A DNA stretch of 64,000 bases. It comes from Octopus vulgaris. Taxonomy: Eukaryota. This document shows, in pieces, positions 23,364-36,969 of this stretch. Numbering within the stretch: the stretch's first letter is position 1; the number at the start of each line of letters is the position of its first letter. A model generated the notes under the pieces. The model had not been told where the DNA came from. It saw only the letters and a list, made by a program, of their open reading frames with translations, and ran no database searches. Made by a program: the position numbers and the translations under genes. The DNA lies in contig OX597831.1 of assembly GCA_951406725.2 (NCBI GenBank), positions 63,674,001-63,738,000 on the forward strand, read 5' to 3'.

Positions 23364-23583
23364 CCCTTTCATTACTGTATTCATTTTGAGATGTTCTGTG
23401 TTTCTTTCAATTACTTTAAATATAACAAAGAATTTAATAAAATAACTTAGTTATCATTCAGCTAGTATTAGAAACATAAATTGTGACTAAGGTTTGGTGG
23501 AAGATTTTAATTCAACACTTATGAAAATAAGACATTTGTACTCAGAGCCAGAGCCATTTTCAGCCGGGTTGGTAATGAAAGGG
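23364..23583. mobile_element. piggyBac-type MITE
   Basis: TTAA TSD on both sides; perfect 12-bp TIR CCCTTTCATTAC/GTAATGAAAGGG. Confidence 0.92.
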
Positions 23584-23699
23584 TTAAATCTTGAAAAAAA
23601 TTAAAAACACTTAGATATGGGTTTTCAAGAAACTTAACGGTTAGCAACACTGGTGTGATATGCTCTTAATTTGCAATCTGTACCATTGCAAACTTTGCT

Positions 23700-24275
23700 G
23701 CAATAACTTGAAAATGATTGGTATGTTCATTGAATTGGTAGAAAAGTTAGATCAACAAACAAAACCACCTTGCAATATTTACTTAAGGTAAGGCACTGAG
23801 CATTGGAATCAATTTAATCAACTTAACCCCACCACCACCACCACCAAAATTGCTGGCCTAGTACCAAAATTTGAAACCAGTATTTACTTAAGGTAAAGCA
23901 GCAAGCTAGCAGAATCATTAGCATGCTGGCCAAAATGCTTAGCAGCATTTTGTCCATCTCTATATTCTGTGTTTAAATTCTGCAGGGACCAATTTTGACT
24001 CTTATCCTTTCAGAGTTAATAAATTAAGTACCAGTTAATAAATTAAGTACCAGTTGACTTAACCCTTTTGACTTAACCCTTTTCCTGAAATTTCTGGCTT
24101 TGTGTCAGAATTTGATATCAATAATTTACATTCTAAGTTCAAATCTCACTAAGTTCCACTTCTCCTTTCATCCTTGAGGAGCTGATAAAATACAGTAGCA
24201 GTCAAGTACAAGACTCGATGATGTTGGCTAATCATTTCCCATCAAAAGTGCTGCCCTTGTGCCTAAATCAGAAAC
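23700..24275 (+). mobile_element. Cluster of old SINE family B remnants
   Basis: Repeated degenerate GCTAGCAGAATCATTAGC / CCTTTCATCC / AAGTACCAGTT / GCCTTGTGCC-like blocks. Confidence 0.65.
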
Positions 24276-24287
24276 TGCTGCTGCTAC

Positions 24288-24645
24288 TTGTTTGTTTGTT
24301 TGTTGAGTGTTTGGGAGAAGTCCAAAACGTGGTCCTTTGCTATTCATAAAACCTGCAGAAGAGAAAGCAGGTCAACCCCCGAAATCGAGAGCATTGACGG
24401 ATGGATGAATGCGCATCCAGGCTCAGCGGTTGTGTAGGAAGTCGGGGACAAGAAACAGGAAGAAAGAGTAAGAGAAAGTTGGAGCGAAAGAGTACAACAG
24501 TGGTCGCCACCACCCCCTGCCGGAGTCTCGTGGAGCTTTAGGTGTTTTCGCTCAATAAACACACACAACGCCCAGTATGCAAATCGAAACTGTGATACTC
24601 CGACCACGAGTCCGCTGCCTTAACCACTGGGCCATTGTGCCTCCA
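24288..24645 (-). mobile_element. SINE family C, tail type 1, full length
   Basis: Head TGGAGGCACAATGGCCCAGTGGTTAAGG; tail as at 8287. Confidence 0.9.
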
Positions 24646-25022
24646 TTGAATGCTGCTGCTGCTGCTGTTGTTGTTGTTGTTGTTCTTGTTCTTTGTTACT
24701 GATGTTGTTGATTAGTTTGTAGAGGATGATCTTTGAGCAAACCTATCTTATTGTTATTTAGTCTCTGGTGACTATTGGTTGAAGAAACTTATGTTATTGT
24801 TGTTTTGTAGTCTCTTGTGTATCTTAATGGAGCAGATCTATTTTGCTTTGTAGTTTCAGCAAAGTTCTATCTGAGAAGACCTTGGTCACATTGGTAATCA
24901 ATGAAATATCTTTCATTCATAATCACAGATATATACTATTTCCTGACCCCGTTAAATATTACACTGTAAACTTCTACAGGTAGTACTATTTTTTATTTGA
25001 GTATAGTGTTGTAGTTGAGTTA

Positions 25023-25403
25023 TTACTCTTTTACTTTTTTACTTGTTTCAGTCATTTGACTGTGGCCATGCTGGAGCACCGCCTTTAGTCGAGCAAATCG
25101 ACCCCAGGTCTTATTCTTTGTAAGCCTAGTACTTTTTCCATCGGTCTCTTTTGCCGAATCGCTAAAGCATCAGTTGTCAAGCGATGTTGGAGGGACAAAC
25201 ACAGGCACACAAATGCACACATATATATACACATATATACGACGGGCTTCTTTCAGTTTCCGTCTGCCAAATCCACTCACAAGGCTTTGGTCGGCCCGAG
25301 GCTATAGTAGAAGACACTTGCCCAAGGTGCCATGCAGTGGGACTGAACCCAGAACCATGTGGCTGGTAAGCAAGCTACTTACCACACAGCCACTCCTGTG
25401 CCT
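25023..25403 (-). mobile_element. SINE family A
   Basis: Family match with small internal deletion. Confidence 0.9.
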
Positions 25404-26039
25404 AAGTTATATTAATGTTTTTTTACTATCTAGAATTTTCATGTATGCTGGTTCTACTGTTTTAATTATATAGCAATTAATTTTTCCTTGAGTATATTTT
25501 TCTCAGTTCTTTATTGCAGCTTAAGGCCATGCTGGAGCACAGCTTTCATTTGCTGCCAGTTTGAAACATTCCCCAAAGATCTTCTTTTAACCAGTAACAT
25601 ACATACATAGAATTAAGAAAACTCAATAAAATGCGTACAGTGCGTTTGAGCTGAAAACCAAGGTGTTAATTAGTCATTTTGTTTCCTGTATTGTTGCAGA
25701 ATATACTGCTAATTAGTCTAAATGGTTATGTCTTGCGTGTTGGGCTAATAAGTGCAGTTGGTTCACCGACATTCAGAATTGTGTCAACTGAAAGTGTTGA
25801 AGATTGTATCAGAAGCTAATCGATGGTTGTTTTATTATTTTTGTATTGATGTAGATTTACTTGTCGCTAAATGGAGGCAGATTTCAATATACAATTTGCT
25901 CTTTGTATGCAAAGCTTGTTTCGCTTTAGCTTTCACAAATAAAGTGTAATCTAAGAAGCACCTGAAAACCTATAACAAAAGTCACAGCTCTTTTTATTCT
26001 GTGCACCATACACATATATTATTTTTTTTATATATATAT

Positions 26040-26408
26040 TCTACTTGTTTCACTCATTAGACTGCGACCATGCTGGAGCATCACCTTGAAGGGTTAAATC
26101 AACCCTAGTATTTCTTTTTAAGCCTGTTACTTATTCTGTCGGACCTTTTTTGCTGAACCACAAAGTTATGGGGACTTAGACACACCAACATTGATTGTCA
26201 AGTGGTAGTGGGGGACAAACATACACACATATGCATATATATACAAAAGGTTTCTTTCAGTTTCCGTCTACCAAATCCACTCACAAGGCTTTGGTCAGCC
26301 AGAGGCTATAGTAGAAGACACTTGTCCAAGATGTCATACATTGAAACTGAACCCGGAACTATGTGCTTGGGAAGCAAGCTTCTTACCATACAGCTATGCC
26401 TGTGCCTA
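26040..26408 (-). mobile_element. SINE family A, diverged
   Basis: Family match with CpG decay. Confidence 0.85.
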
Positions 26409-26484
26409 TACCCTACTTCTGTTTTATTTATTATTTATTTTTTTTTGTACTTTCTGCAATTCAACCAGTCTATTAGGTTCTATA

Positions 26485-26720
26485 TCATCATCATCATCGT
26501 TTAGCATCCGCTTTCCATGCTAGCATGGGATGGACGGTTCAACTGGGGTCTGGGAAGCCAGATGTCTGCACCAGGCCCAGTCTGATCTGGCAATGTTTCT
26601 ACAGCTGGATGCCCTTCCTAACGCCAACCACTCCGAGAGTGTAGTGGGTGCTTTTACGTGCCACCGGCACAGGTGCCAGACGAGGCTGGCAAATGGCCAC
26701 GATCGGATGGTGCTTTTTTA
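26485..26720 (-). mobile_element. RTE 3' UTR fragment
   Basis: (CAT)n-CGTTTAGCATCCGC...GGATGCCCTTCCTAACGCCAACC, as in 13626 and 59250. Confidence 0.85.
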
Positions 26721-27871
26721 GAAAATAATTGTTATCATCTTTGTCAACAAATCACTTGTTCTGAAGAAAGGGACGTTATGAGTGGCTGCTCTTCTCTCAA
26801 TACAATGCAGATAATTCACAGAGACAGACAAACAGCTGAATACCAGTCATGGTTTTTACTGATCAACAGAAGAAAGGTGAAAGCAAAACTGACCTCGGAG
26901 AAATTTGAACTCAGATCAGAGAGAACCCGAACAAATACTTCTAGGCATTATATCCGGCGCTCTCATGAATTCAACATATTTAAATGTTATTTAAATAACA
27001 CAGTCAGTATAATAATAACACTTGTGTCAAACAACAAGCATTGTTATAAATTCATTTGTAATTTATTTCCGATAATCTTTAGATTATGTAATCATTCTAC
27101 ATGTTTCTTCCACTCCTTATTGAATAGGTATCAAATATTGTTTCTCTTCAGCTAATATAATCTTTATCATCGATTGTATTGATTATGTCATAACTCAGGT
27201 GCTTGCAATCATCTCCTTCCTGCTTAACAGATTTCCCCTTTCTTTCACATATCATAATTCTCATTAAATGCCAATCACATCTAATGCTCTAATGCTACGA
27301 ACAAACAATGGAGCCCATATTAGGTTGTTTGAATTGCTAGAAATAGCAGCCAAATTTCCACTAGTTGCTATTTCTATTAGTTTATTGTCCTTAAAAGAAA
27401 TCATATTGTATGGTGTACTGTACTAGTTACACTATACTTGAAAAACAAGGTGGTCTGGTCATGGTTCGAATACCTTTGATGTACTTGATATGAATGGCCT
27501 AGCAAGCAAAAAAGGGATGTTTTACATAGTAACTCGAACAGACTGAAAGATCAGTCAAATTTCCCTCAAATTGTGTCCTGCAGGACATGTTGAATAATGC
27601 AGTTTTACTTGACCCTGAAAAGGTGAGATTAAAGGTGAGACATTAAAGGTCTTCTTAACTAGGATTAATCTCAGGTTAAACAACAGCCTTATATGCTCCA
27701 GATATCACTAGGCCATTCTTTTCTTGCCTCCTCAAACTATATATATATGTTGTGCCATTTATTTACTAATTTGTGTATTTTTCCCTCACGGGCTACTTTT
27801 TACTGGAAGGCAATACTTTGTATTGCATTACTGATATATATATATATATATATATATAGCACATCACTGCT

Positions 27872-28052
27872 CATGCTCATTGCTAAGGGGGTGTACTGGA
27901 CAGCACTGCTCCCTCACTATTCAATGGTGGTGCACCATCAGATTTACAGTGAAATACTTATTTTAAAACTCCACTTTAGAATTATTACAAATTAGTGCCC
28001 ACCCAGGATATTCTGAAGCACCCCTAAGCACCAAAATCTGATGACGGGTCTG
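27872..28052. mobile_element. hAT-type MITE
   Basis: Perfect 8-bp TSD TCACTGCT (27864-27871, 28053-28060); degenerate CA...TG TIRs. Confidence 0.7.
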
Positions 28053-28786
28053 TCACTGCTACACTCTAAGGAATACTTTTTGTCAATTAATGCAGCAGTT
28101 GTTTGCAAACATTGTTTTTCTGCTATTACAAATGATTGTAAATGTTATCATTAGACTCATGACTAATTAATAATAATTAGGTGACTAATTGTCCAAGGAA
28201 CAGGTTTAGGCTGCATACCACAGATATATACAAATGGTGCTCGTTGTCTGAGAGTAATGATATATATTAGCAATTATTAGATGTTGTTTATTGTTTCTTG
28301 TTTCTTTCTCACAGATTCATTTCCACAGGTGTCAAAAGGACAGGTGTCAGAAGTGCTGGATAGTCTGATAAAATGATTTGCAATATTCAATGAACTTGAT
28401 TTTATGAATTCAAATCTGTTTTAAGGTTGATTTTGCCATCTGTCCTCATGGTATTTATAAAAATATGTGCTAAAGCCAAGCACTTACACTATCATAAATT
28501 GATATTTTTCAGAGAATAGGATAGCAAGTAGACAGAGTCGTTAGCACCTGAGAAAAATGCTTAGCAACATTTTGTCCATCATTATGTTCTGAGTTCAAAT
28601 TCCCCTGAGGTTAACTTTACCTTTCTTCCTTTTAGGATAACCAATACCTTAACACTTCTTGTATCACAACTGATTTGTTTTCTCTTGAAGCCATCCAATA
28701 AATGACTAATGGCATGAAATTCCAGCTTCTCAACGTCTTACTTTACAGACCCACTCTAGTTAGTTAATATATTCCATATAAACTTA

Positions 28787-28831
<45 letters not shown>

Positions 28832-28896
28832 CAAATAAGAAAATGGAGAAGCACAATATTTGGTTCATCAACTTTAGGACATTAAAATGTTAACTT

Positions 28897-29452
28897 ACTG
28901 CGTGGCACCTTGGGCAAGTGTCTTCTACTATAGCCTTGGGCCGACCAAAGCCTTGTGAGTGGATTTGGTTGATGGAAACTGAAAGAAGCCCATCGTATAT
29001 ATGTATATATATATATATGTATGTGTGTGTGTTTGTGTGTCTGTGTTTGTCTCCCTAGCATTGCTTGACAACCGATGCTGGTGTGTTTATGTCCCCATCA
29101 CTTAGTGGTTCGGCAAAACAGACTGATAGAATAAGTACTGGGCTTACAAAGAATAAGTGCCGGGGTCGAGTTGCTCGATTAAAGGCGGTGCTCCAGCATG
29201 GCTGCATTCAAATGACTGAAACAAGTAAAAGAGTAAAAGAGAGTAAAGAGTATTTTCTCTTTTATTTTTTTTTTCTCTTTTATTTGTTTCAGTCAGTTGA
29301 CTGCAGCCATGCTGGAGCACTGCCTTTAGTCGAGCAACTCAACCCCGGGACTTATTCTTTTGTAAGCCCAGTACTTATTCTATCGATCTCTTTTGCCGAA
29401 CCGCTTACTAGTTTCAGTCATTTGACTGCGGTCATACTGGAACACCACCTTA
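28897..29452 (+). mobile_element. SINE family A (+, 5' truncated, to ~29251) with tail-to-tail inverted partial copies (~29272-29405, ~29406-29452)
   Basis: Tail sequence repeated in reverse orientation immediately downstream. Confidence 0.88.
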
Positions 29453-30185
29453 AATATTTGTGTGTGTGTGTGTATTTTTCACCAAAGTATATCAGTGAAA
29501 GATATAGACATGCACAGGAAAAAAAAATAGATGCTCTTTGAACAATGTCCTGTTCTCCCCGAAACAGTGTCAAGAATAAAGTGAGATAGACCCATTATAA
29601 ATCTAGAACCAGTGGCTGTATTGTTCATCGGTTAAGATGCTAAATAACTACCTTATAGTCTTTCAGAATACCTGCTCCAGTTGTTATTACTTGATATAGG
29701 TGAAAATCAGAGAGGCTTGTCAATAGACATAGACAAGAAAAAATTCCTTTACAGTATTTTATATTAATTTTATCAATTTTGTATGTCCTGTATTCAAAGC
29801 ACACCAGATCGAGTTTGCTTTTATATTTAAAGGGCTAATAAAAAGGGACCATCGTCGCGATGGTGATCATGACCATAATCATCATCATCATCATCATCAT
29901 CTTCTCCTTCTTCTTCTCCTCCATCATCGTCATTATCAATTTAACATTCACTTTTCCTTGCTTGCATGTGTATTGGACCGTTTTCACTGAGGCAGATCTT
30001 TTATGGACAGATACACTTCTTGTCACCAACTATCATTTGTTTCCAAGCAAGGTAATATTTCCCCCATACCCAGAAATGTTTCCACAGAATATTGGAAAAG
30101 AATAATACCACTCGTAGTACAGTGACACTCGTTTACAACTCAAAGGATGTCAAGACAACTAAACACATACACATGCACTCTCTAT

Positions 30186-30358
30186 CTATCCTCTCAGTCG
30201 AAGTCGACTCTCAGTTACTCGATGGATCAGTGTCCTCCAGTCAGTTCTATCCTTGGCCGCTTCTTTCAGATTGGCTATGTCCATTCCAGTATCACTCTTG
30301 ATGGTGTCAAGCCAGCAGGTTCTTGGTTGGCCTTTTCTTCTCTTGCCACTGACCACTG
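30186..30358 (-). mobile_element. RTE-BovB-like LINE 3' end
   Basis: VSGKRRKGQPRTCWLDTIKSDTGMDIANLKEAAKDRTDWRTLIHRVTESRLRLRG*, a typical BovB-like C-terminus. Confidence 0.88.
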
Positions 30359-30361
30359 ACC

Positions 30362-30545
30362 ATACACATGCACACACACATATATATATACAGTGGGTTC
30401 CTTTCAGCTTCTATCTTCCAAATCCAGTCACATGACTTGGGTTGTCCTGAGACTATAGTAGAAGACACTTACCCAAGTGGGACTGAACCCAAAAACTACA
30501 TGGTTAAGAAGAAAAACTTTTTAATTACACAGCTATGCTTACCTT
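30362..30545 (-). mobile_element. SINE family A, diverged 5' half
   Basis: CTATAGTAGAAGACACTT...GGGACTGAACCC. Confidence 0.75.
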
Positions 30546-30649
30546 ATTAAATTCAATTTATTTTCCTGCATATATTTTGTCATAAGATATTTAGTGCCAA
30601 AATTACTAGGTAATTTTCTGACACATGGATTTTACTTTCTGTTGTATAA

Positions 30650-30960
30650 TCATTATCACGTGATCACGTGACTGACCAGGCTACCAGATGTCGCTACACA
30701 TCGCTGGTCACAATGCGCTTCGCATTGTTTTAGCCTTCAAATGACGCCACCCCACTGGCTAAGACAGCAGGCCAACAGAAGAAAGAGTGAGGGAAAGTCG
30801 CGGCGAAATAGTACAGGGATCGACACCACCCTTGCTGGAGCCTTGTGGAACTTTAGGTGTTTTTGCTCAATAAACTCACACAATGCCCGGTCTGGGAATT
30901 AAAACCGTGATCCTCCAACCGTGAGTCCGCTGCCCTAACCACTGAGCCATTGCGCCTCCA
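30650..30960 (-). mobile_element. SINE family C, tail type 4
   Basis: Family C head; tail GGCGTCATTTGAAGGCTAAAACAATGCGAAGCGCATTGTGACCAG; tail-only relic at ~61590-61700. Confidence 0.88.
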
Positions 30961-31669
30961 TTATATTTCACTTAAACTTAAATACATTAGTATTTAAGAA
31001 AAGTGTATATCACACACATTCACATTCATCATACCCTAAAAATATCAGATATCCTGCTTCTGGCATGTGGTAAATACTGGTGAAAATTAATTGGTTGCAC
31101 TTGATTAGGTTTTAACATTACTGTTGTTGAAACAGTAACTCTCAGAAACAAAATTTCACTCCATTTTGGAATAAATACATTATCAATGACCAATTAACCT
31201 ACTTGTAAGAATTATGACAAATTTTATCTAGGTTAACATCAACCATTTCCGCTACCAATGTCAACCTTTGCCATGCTAAATCACATCCTCACAGCTTTTC
31301 TCACTAAATTCTGTCACCTCTTCTGTCCAGCTTGATCTCACCCATCAAATACAGACACCACTGTGAAGTCTTTTTCCTATTGATATTAACCCAATCTATG
31401 TTTGGTCTGTAGGTCTTTATATATATATATATATCCTGTTTAAATTGTTTTTGTATTATAACTTCAGTTACCATTAAGAGGATTTTGTTTTGTTCACATA
31501 TATTCTAGATATTGTAATAATGTTATTCATCTCTTTGCTAATTCATGTTTTGAGTGTAAATAAATTTCTTTCTCGGAAGATTCAGCATAAAATTAGACAA
31601 TTCTGTATATGATTGCTGCGATTAGAAATCAAAAATCTATGTATTACTGAACCACTTCATACATAATAT

Positions 31670-32054
31670 GTGGAGGCGCAATGGCCCAGTGGTTAGGGCA
31701 GCGGACTCGCGGTCGTAGGATCGCGGTTTTGATTCCCAGACCGGGCGTTGTGAGTGTTTATTGAACGAAAACACCTAAAGCTCCACGAGGCTCTGGCAGG
31801 GATGTTGGTGATCCCTGCTGTACTCTTTCACCACAACTTTCTCTCACTCTTACTTCCTATTTCTGTTGTACCTGTATTTCAAAGGGCCGGCCTTGTCACT
31901 TTCTGTGTCACGCTGAATATCCCCGAGAACTACGTTAAGGGTACACGTGTCTGTGGAGTGCTCAGCCACTTACACGTTAATTTCACGAGCAGGCTGTTCC
32001 GTTGATCGGATCAACCGGCACCCTCATCGCCGTAACCGACGGAGTGCTTCCATC
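31670..32054 (+). mobile_element. SINE family C, tail type 3, full length
   Basis: 12-bp TSD CATACATAATAT (31658-31669, 32055-32066). Confidence 0.93.
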
Positions 32055-32680
32055 CATACATAATATACTGCTAATTATTAATTATGATAATTTAATGAAC
32101 ATGGGAGTGGGCTTAATGCATATAAACCAAGTGAGTGAGTGTACAATGTTAAACAATATTATGTACAATAAATTTATGTAGAGATTTATATTTTAGTTCA
32201 AGTAGAATGCTCGTTACTAAATCTGGTTTAATTACTTTAATAAAAAAACTCTTATATATTATTAACAGTTATAATATTGGTGTATCAGTCTTTCTGTATT
32301 TAACAGCTAAAACTGACATTATGAAACTTTGTACAGTTAACAGATCCATGGTGCTAATGACTTTCTCTCATCAAGGAGAATATTTCTAAGATTTCAGAAT
32401 ATTTCTAAGATTTCAGCTAATCACAAATGAGTTGAAATATCCTGGAGGATCACAGCTTTGATCATTGCAGTTCTTGGTGTTTAATTCCCTTGTAACCATA
32501 ACACAATTATGTTAAGACAACAGGAGCCTCTCTGATTGGAGAAAGATGCCAGTGGAACTTTCTTTTGTGGTTTGCAATCATGACTTCTCTTAGTGCATGA
32601 GGGTCAGTGGATTTGAATCCTTAGGCAGAATCTGAACTCACACCAAAAAGCTTAAACAGATATCACTAAGTATTTCAAAT

Positions 32681-32931
32681 GTGTGGAGGCACATGGCCTA
32701 GTGGTTAGAGTGGTGGACTCGTGGTCGAAAGATCGCTGGTTCGAATCTCAGACCGGGCGATGTTTGTGTTTATGAGCAAAACACCTAAGCTCCACAACTT
32801 TCTCTCACTCTTTCCCCCTGCATCTTGCAGCTCACCTGCGATGGACCGGCGTCCCATCCAGGAGGGGAACCTATACGCCAAGGAAACCGGGAAACCGGCC
32901 CTTATGAGCCAGGTGTGGCTCGAGAAGGAAC
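32681..32931 (+). mobile_element. SINE family C, tail type 2
   Basis: 13-bp TSD AAGTATTTCAAAT (32668-32680, 32932-32944). Confidence 0.93.
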
Positions 32932-33518
32932 AAGTATTTCAAATAGTTTCTCCTAATCCATCCCTTTGGGGTGACCTCGAAAGGATGGAAAGCAAATTAA
33001 ATCCAGCAGGATCTGAATTCAGGGTGCAGAGAGATGGATTGAACATTGCAATACATAATACCTGATACTTTATTATTCTGACATTTCCACACCTTGGGTG
33101 TTAATACTGATGTTGTTAACTGTTCTAGAGATATAACACTGACATAATCAACCCCTATACTGCTAACAAATATCATACAGACATTGCAATCACAAAACAT
33201 AACATTGATGATATCAACCATTGTATTAACAGATGTAGTGCTGAAATTATCACCTTTTGTGCGGTTAACAAATATAAATAGATATTAACAACCTTTGTAC
33301 AGTTAACCATGGTAATCTTTGTATAATTAACTGATGTATTGTTCAATATAATGGTGGGAATTTCCTTCTAATTTTCTTGAAATGCTCTGGACTCTTTCTA
33401 ACATAAGAAAAAAGGTTCATCTGTTGAAGTGACTTATAATTTAAGACTTAGCTAGCAATGAATATATTTTGATTTATTATTGGACAAAGTTCAAGGTCTT
33501 ACAAGTATATAATTTTCT

Positions 33519-33948
33519 GGATCTTTTCGGTTTGAACGGCAGTTTTTTCTAGCGGTGTCATATGAAATTGTCACCCATAATTATGACCCTAGTATCGATC
33601 TATTGCATTTCAATGTGTTAGGGTTAGTTAGGGTTAGGGTTAGGGTTAGAGGCGGGAGGAAGGGTATCTTTTTTCTTCACAAATGTAAATAAACCCAAAC
33701 TGTTTCTTAAACGAGGGACATATTCATACGGCACAGAATGTTTTCACCCCAAATGGACGTCAGTGATTGGTTGAAATTGCAGAAATTGAAGAAAAGAAAC
33801 AACAAATATCTTACAAACTATAGAATTTTCTCAATAAAGCCAAGAGAAAAAGATGTTTTATAAACACATTCTACCAGTATACAAAGTTTAAAATTTTTTA
33901 GTTACCTAGAAATTATGTTAAAAACTGCTGTTCAAACCGAAAAGATCC
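33519..33948 (+). mobile_element. MITE copy 4
   Basis: TIRs GGATCTTTTCGGTTTGAAC / GTTCAAACCGAAAAGATCC; TSD AATTTTCT/AGTTTTCT; TTAGGG array at ~33618-33650. Confidence 0.95.
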
Positions 33949-34999
33949 AGTTTTCTTACTTAGCTGAGAATATTACAAATATCTGCAGCAGAATAAAATG
34001 AACTACAACAGTATACTTTCTTATATCATACACTTAGTAGGATGTTTCCAAATAGTGTAACACAAAGCCAGTTTGTCACTTCTAGCAACATCATTACTCC
34101 AATAAATCTTAAATCTTCAATTAAAACTTTAGAGACCTTAATTAATGTATTTGAAGTTTTTAATTGAAATCATTTGATGAGAATTATAAAGCTATTAATA
34201 ATTTAAGTTTTTTATTAAATATTATTCCAGTCAGGTTTTACATTTCAGTGAAGTATCTAAATCATATTTAAACCTCTTTATACTAAATCCGCCTAAAATA
34301 GATAATTACACAAGTTTCAGTTTGTTGTTGTTTTTAATCAACCTTTTCATGTTTTGTTAAAGAATTAATGATTAAATAATGGTGTTTCACACTAAATTTA
34401 CAGAAATTAGCTGCATTGTTTGGTATCGTCGAATAACAATGTCGTGGAAATAGCCTACTGAGTAGTTTGATGTTTTCTAAGTTAGTATATAATAGCAACA
34501 ATAATGTAGTTGGAAAGTTTCAGCCGAAATTTTACATTGTTCATTCAAATCGCTCTAAAAATATACTGATATCATCTGCTTTGATACAAAAGTCGGTGGC
34601 CAACGTTATGTATATATTGTGTGCATATACATTCATGTGAATGTGATTTACTATAATAATTTCTAATAGATGTCTTTGTAACAGAACTATACAATGATTC
34701 TTTGGTTTCTAGGTTTATCCTAAAAACTACCAGAGCAAAAGTGAATCTGAAAAAAAAGAAAAAAGCATTAGGTAGTTGGTGCAGCTTAGTGCTAATGTAA
34801 AACAGAATTTCATTCTCTATTCAACTTCCCAGTGACTGCCTTTGCGGTTGAGGTAGCAGCAGCAACAACAGTAGCAGCAACCTTTTGTCCTTTTTTTTTT
34901 TCTATGCTGGCATAAGTTCGAAAGTTTTTCTGAGGCAGTGTTTTACTGTTCCTGTTCTCAGCTCTTTTAGCCACCTCTTGCAGCATGTAGGAAAGTAGT

Positions 35000-35307
35000 T
35001 TTGTTGTTTGTTCCTTCTCAAGCCACGCCTGGCTCATAAGGGCCGGTTTCCCGGTTTCTTGGTGTATAGGTTCCCCATCTGGACAGGATGCCGGTTCATC
35101 GCAGATGAGCTGCAAAATGCAGGAGGAAAGAGTGAGAGAAAGTTGTGGTGAAAGAGTCAGCAGAAGTTCGCCATTACCTTCTGCCGGAACTGCATGGAGC
35201 TTAGGTGTTTCGCTCATAAACACACACATCATCCGGTCTGAGATTCGAACCTGCGATCCCTCGACCGTGAGTCCACTGCTCTAACCACTAGGCCATGTGC
35301 CTCCACA
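35000..35307 (-). mobile_element. SINE family C, tail type 2
   Basis: TSD CATGTAGGAAAGTAGT/CATGTAGGGAAGTAGT. Confidence 0.93.
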
Positions 35308-36969
35308 TGTAGGGAAGTAGTGCACTTATTCTAAAACTAACATACACACAATATGCCTTTGAGGTGAAAATAATTGAATATAAGTTAGCCACTTAATTTA
35401 CTTTCATTACTCTTGAGATATTGATGGGTAAAAATCATCCAGAGAAAACATAAATGATTAAAATTTCATCAAATCTCAGTGAAAAAAAATATTCAGATCC
35501 ATTATTTAATATGAATAAATGTAACAAATATACAAAACAGTGCAATTTCTTATGACATAATACTCAATGCCTAGATTAATGTATCAAATAAGATTGCTGA
35601 ACCAAAGTTAACGAACCAATTTATGAATAAACTTAATAAATATCAGAAGAACACTAGATTTGAAACACTTTTCTGTGAAGATTCATTACAAATCATTTGA
35701 CATTTATGGTTAAATGCTTCTGTTGCAGAAAAATAAAGTAAAATTTTAAGTTACTTTCTTAGATTAATCTTATAATCTCTTAATTTCTATTCTTTCTGCT
35801 TTTCCTCTGAAAACAAAATCTCCCCCAAATTAAACTCTCAAAGTAATCCACAAAACCTACAGAGGATATTAGTATCTCATTTTAAATTTGCCATCTGCAT
35901 TTCTTGAAAGAATTCAATTAATGCAATATTTTTTTCTCTTTTACACTGTCAAATGTTTCACAACTGAGTAACTACTAGTTAATATTAATGAACATTTAAC
36001 AAACTCGATATGAAGGTTAGCTGGTGATTAGCGCTTTCTAGGGTTTTATGAACAATTTCTTATTCTTCAATTCTCCTCATTGAGAAGCACTTCAGTGCTT
36101 GCAACATTTTATAGCCTCATGAGCATAAATTGATTTTTAACTACTCAGCATTTCAGAAAAGGAAATAATCAAATACACCAAAATATTATTTCCTTTTTTA
36201 TATTTTTGCAGCAATTTATTTTACCATATTTTATTTTTATAATTCTTTGTTTTAAGGTTACTTTCGATAAGAAAACATTAAACTTTGTTTTAAAATGTTC
36301 TAAATGTTCTCTTTAATAACTCCATATTTGTCCTTTTGCCAAAGTGGTTGGTTGAATTCCTGTAATTGAACTATCCTAACCTACCCAAAAACTGCTGATT
36401 ATAAACATGCATCAACAATTTAAGATATTAATTAGAATTAAGGTAATAATCTTTCGCAGTAATTGTCTACCGCGATATAAAAGCAAAACACAATTACTGA
36501 AATGACTTCCATTTTTACTTGTTGTAAATGTAGGTTAATTAGTTTTTTCTCATTCTTTCAAAGAAAATTAATAGTTCCATTTTTATATTACCTTAATTAT
36601 ATGAATCTATGTATTGACTAAAAGCTTTTATTCACCAAATAAACTCAGCTATGAAACATTAATTATTCCATTTGAATTTTTCTTTAGAAATAAAAAGACA
36701 TCTCTTTAAAAATAATTGCATTAATGTTGTCATTGTATTACTGGTACTTCCCCCAGAAGAAGTTGACTTCAAGAAAATATCAGTATTAACAATTTCAATA
36801 CTAGTTTTGCAATGTTATTCTTTGATCATGAAAGATTTTTGTTAAATTTCTATACTAACACAGATTTATTAATCAACATTCATACATCAGATGGTTTAAA
36901 CCTAATTATTGCAGACATACTGCTAATGCATGCAATCATTTCATGTAAAATCAAAATTAATTAGTAATA

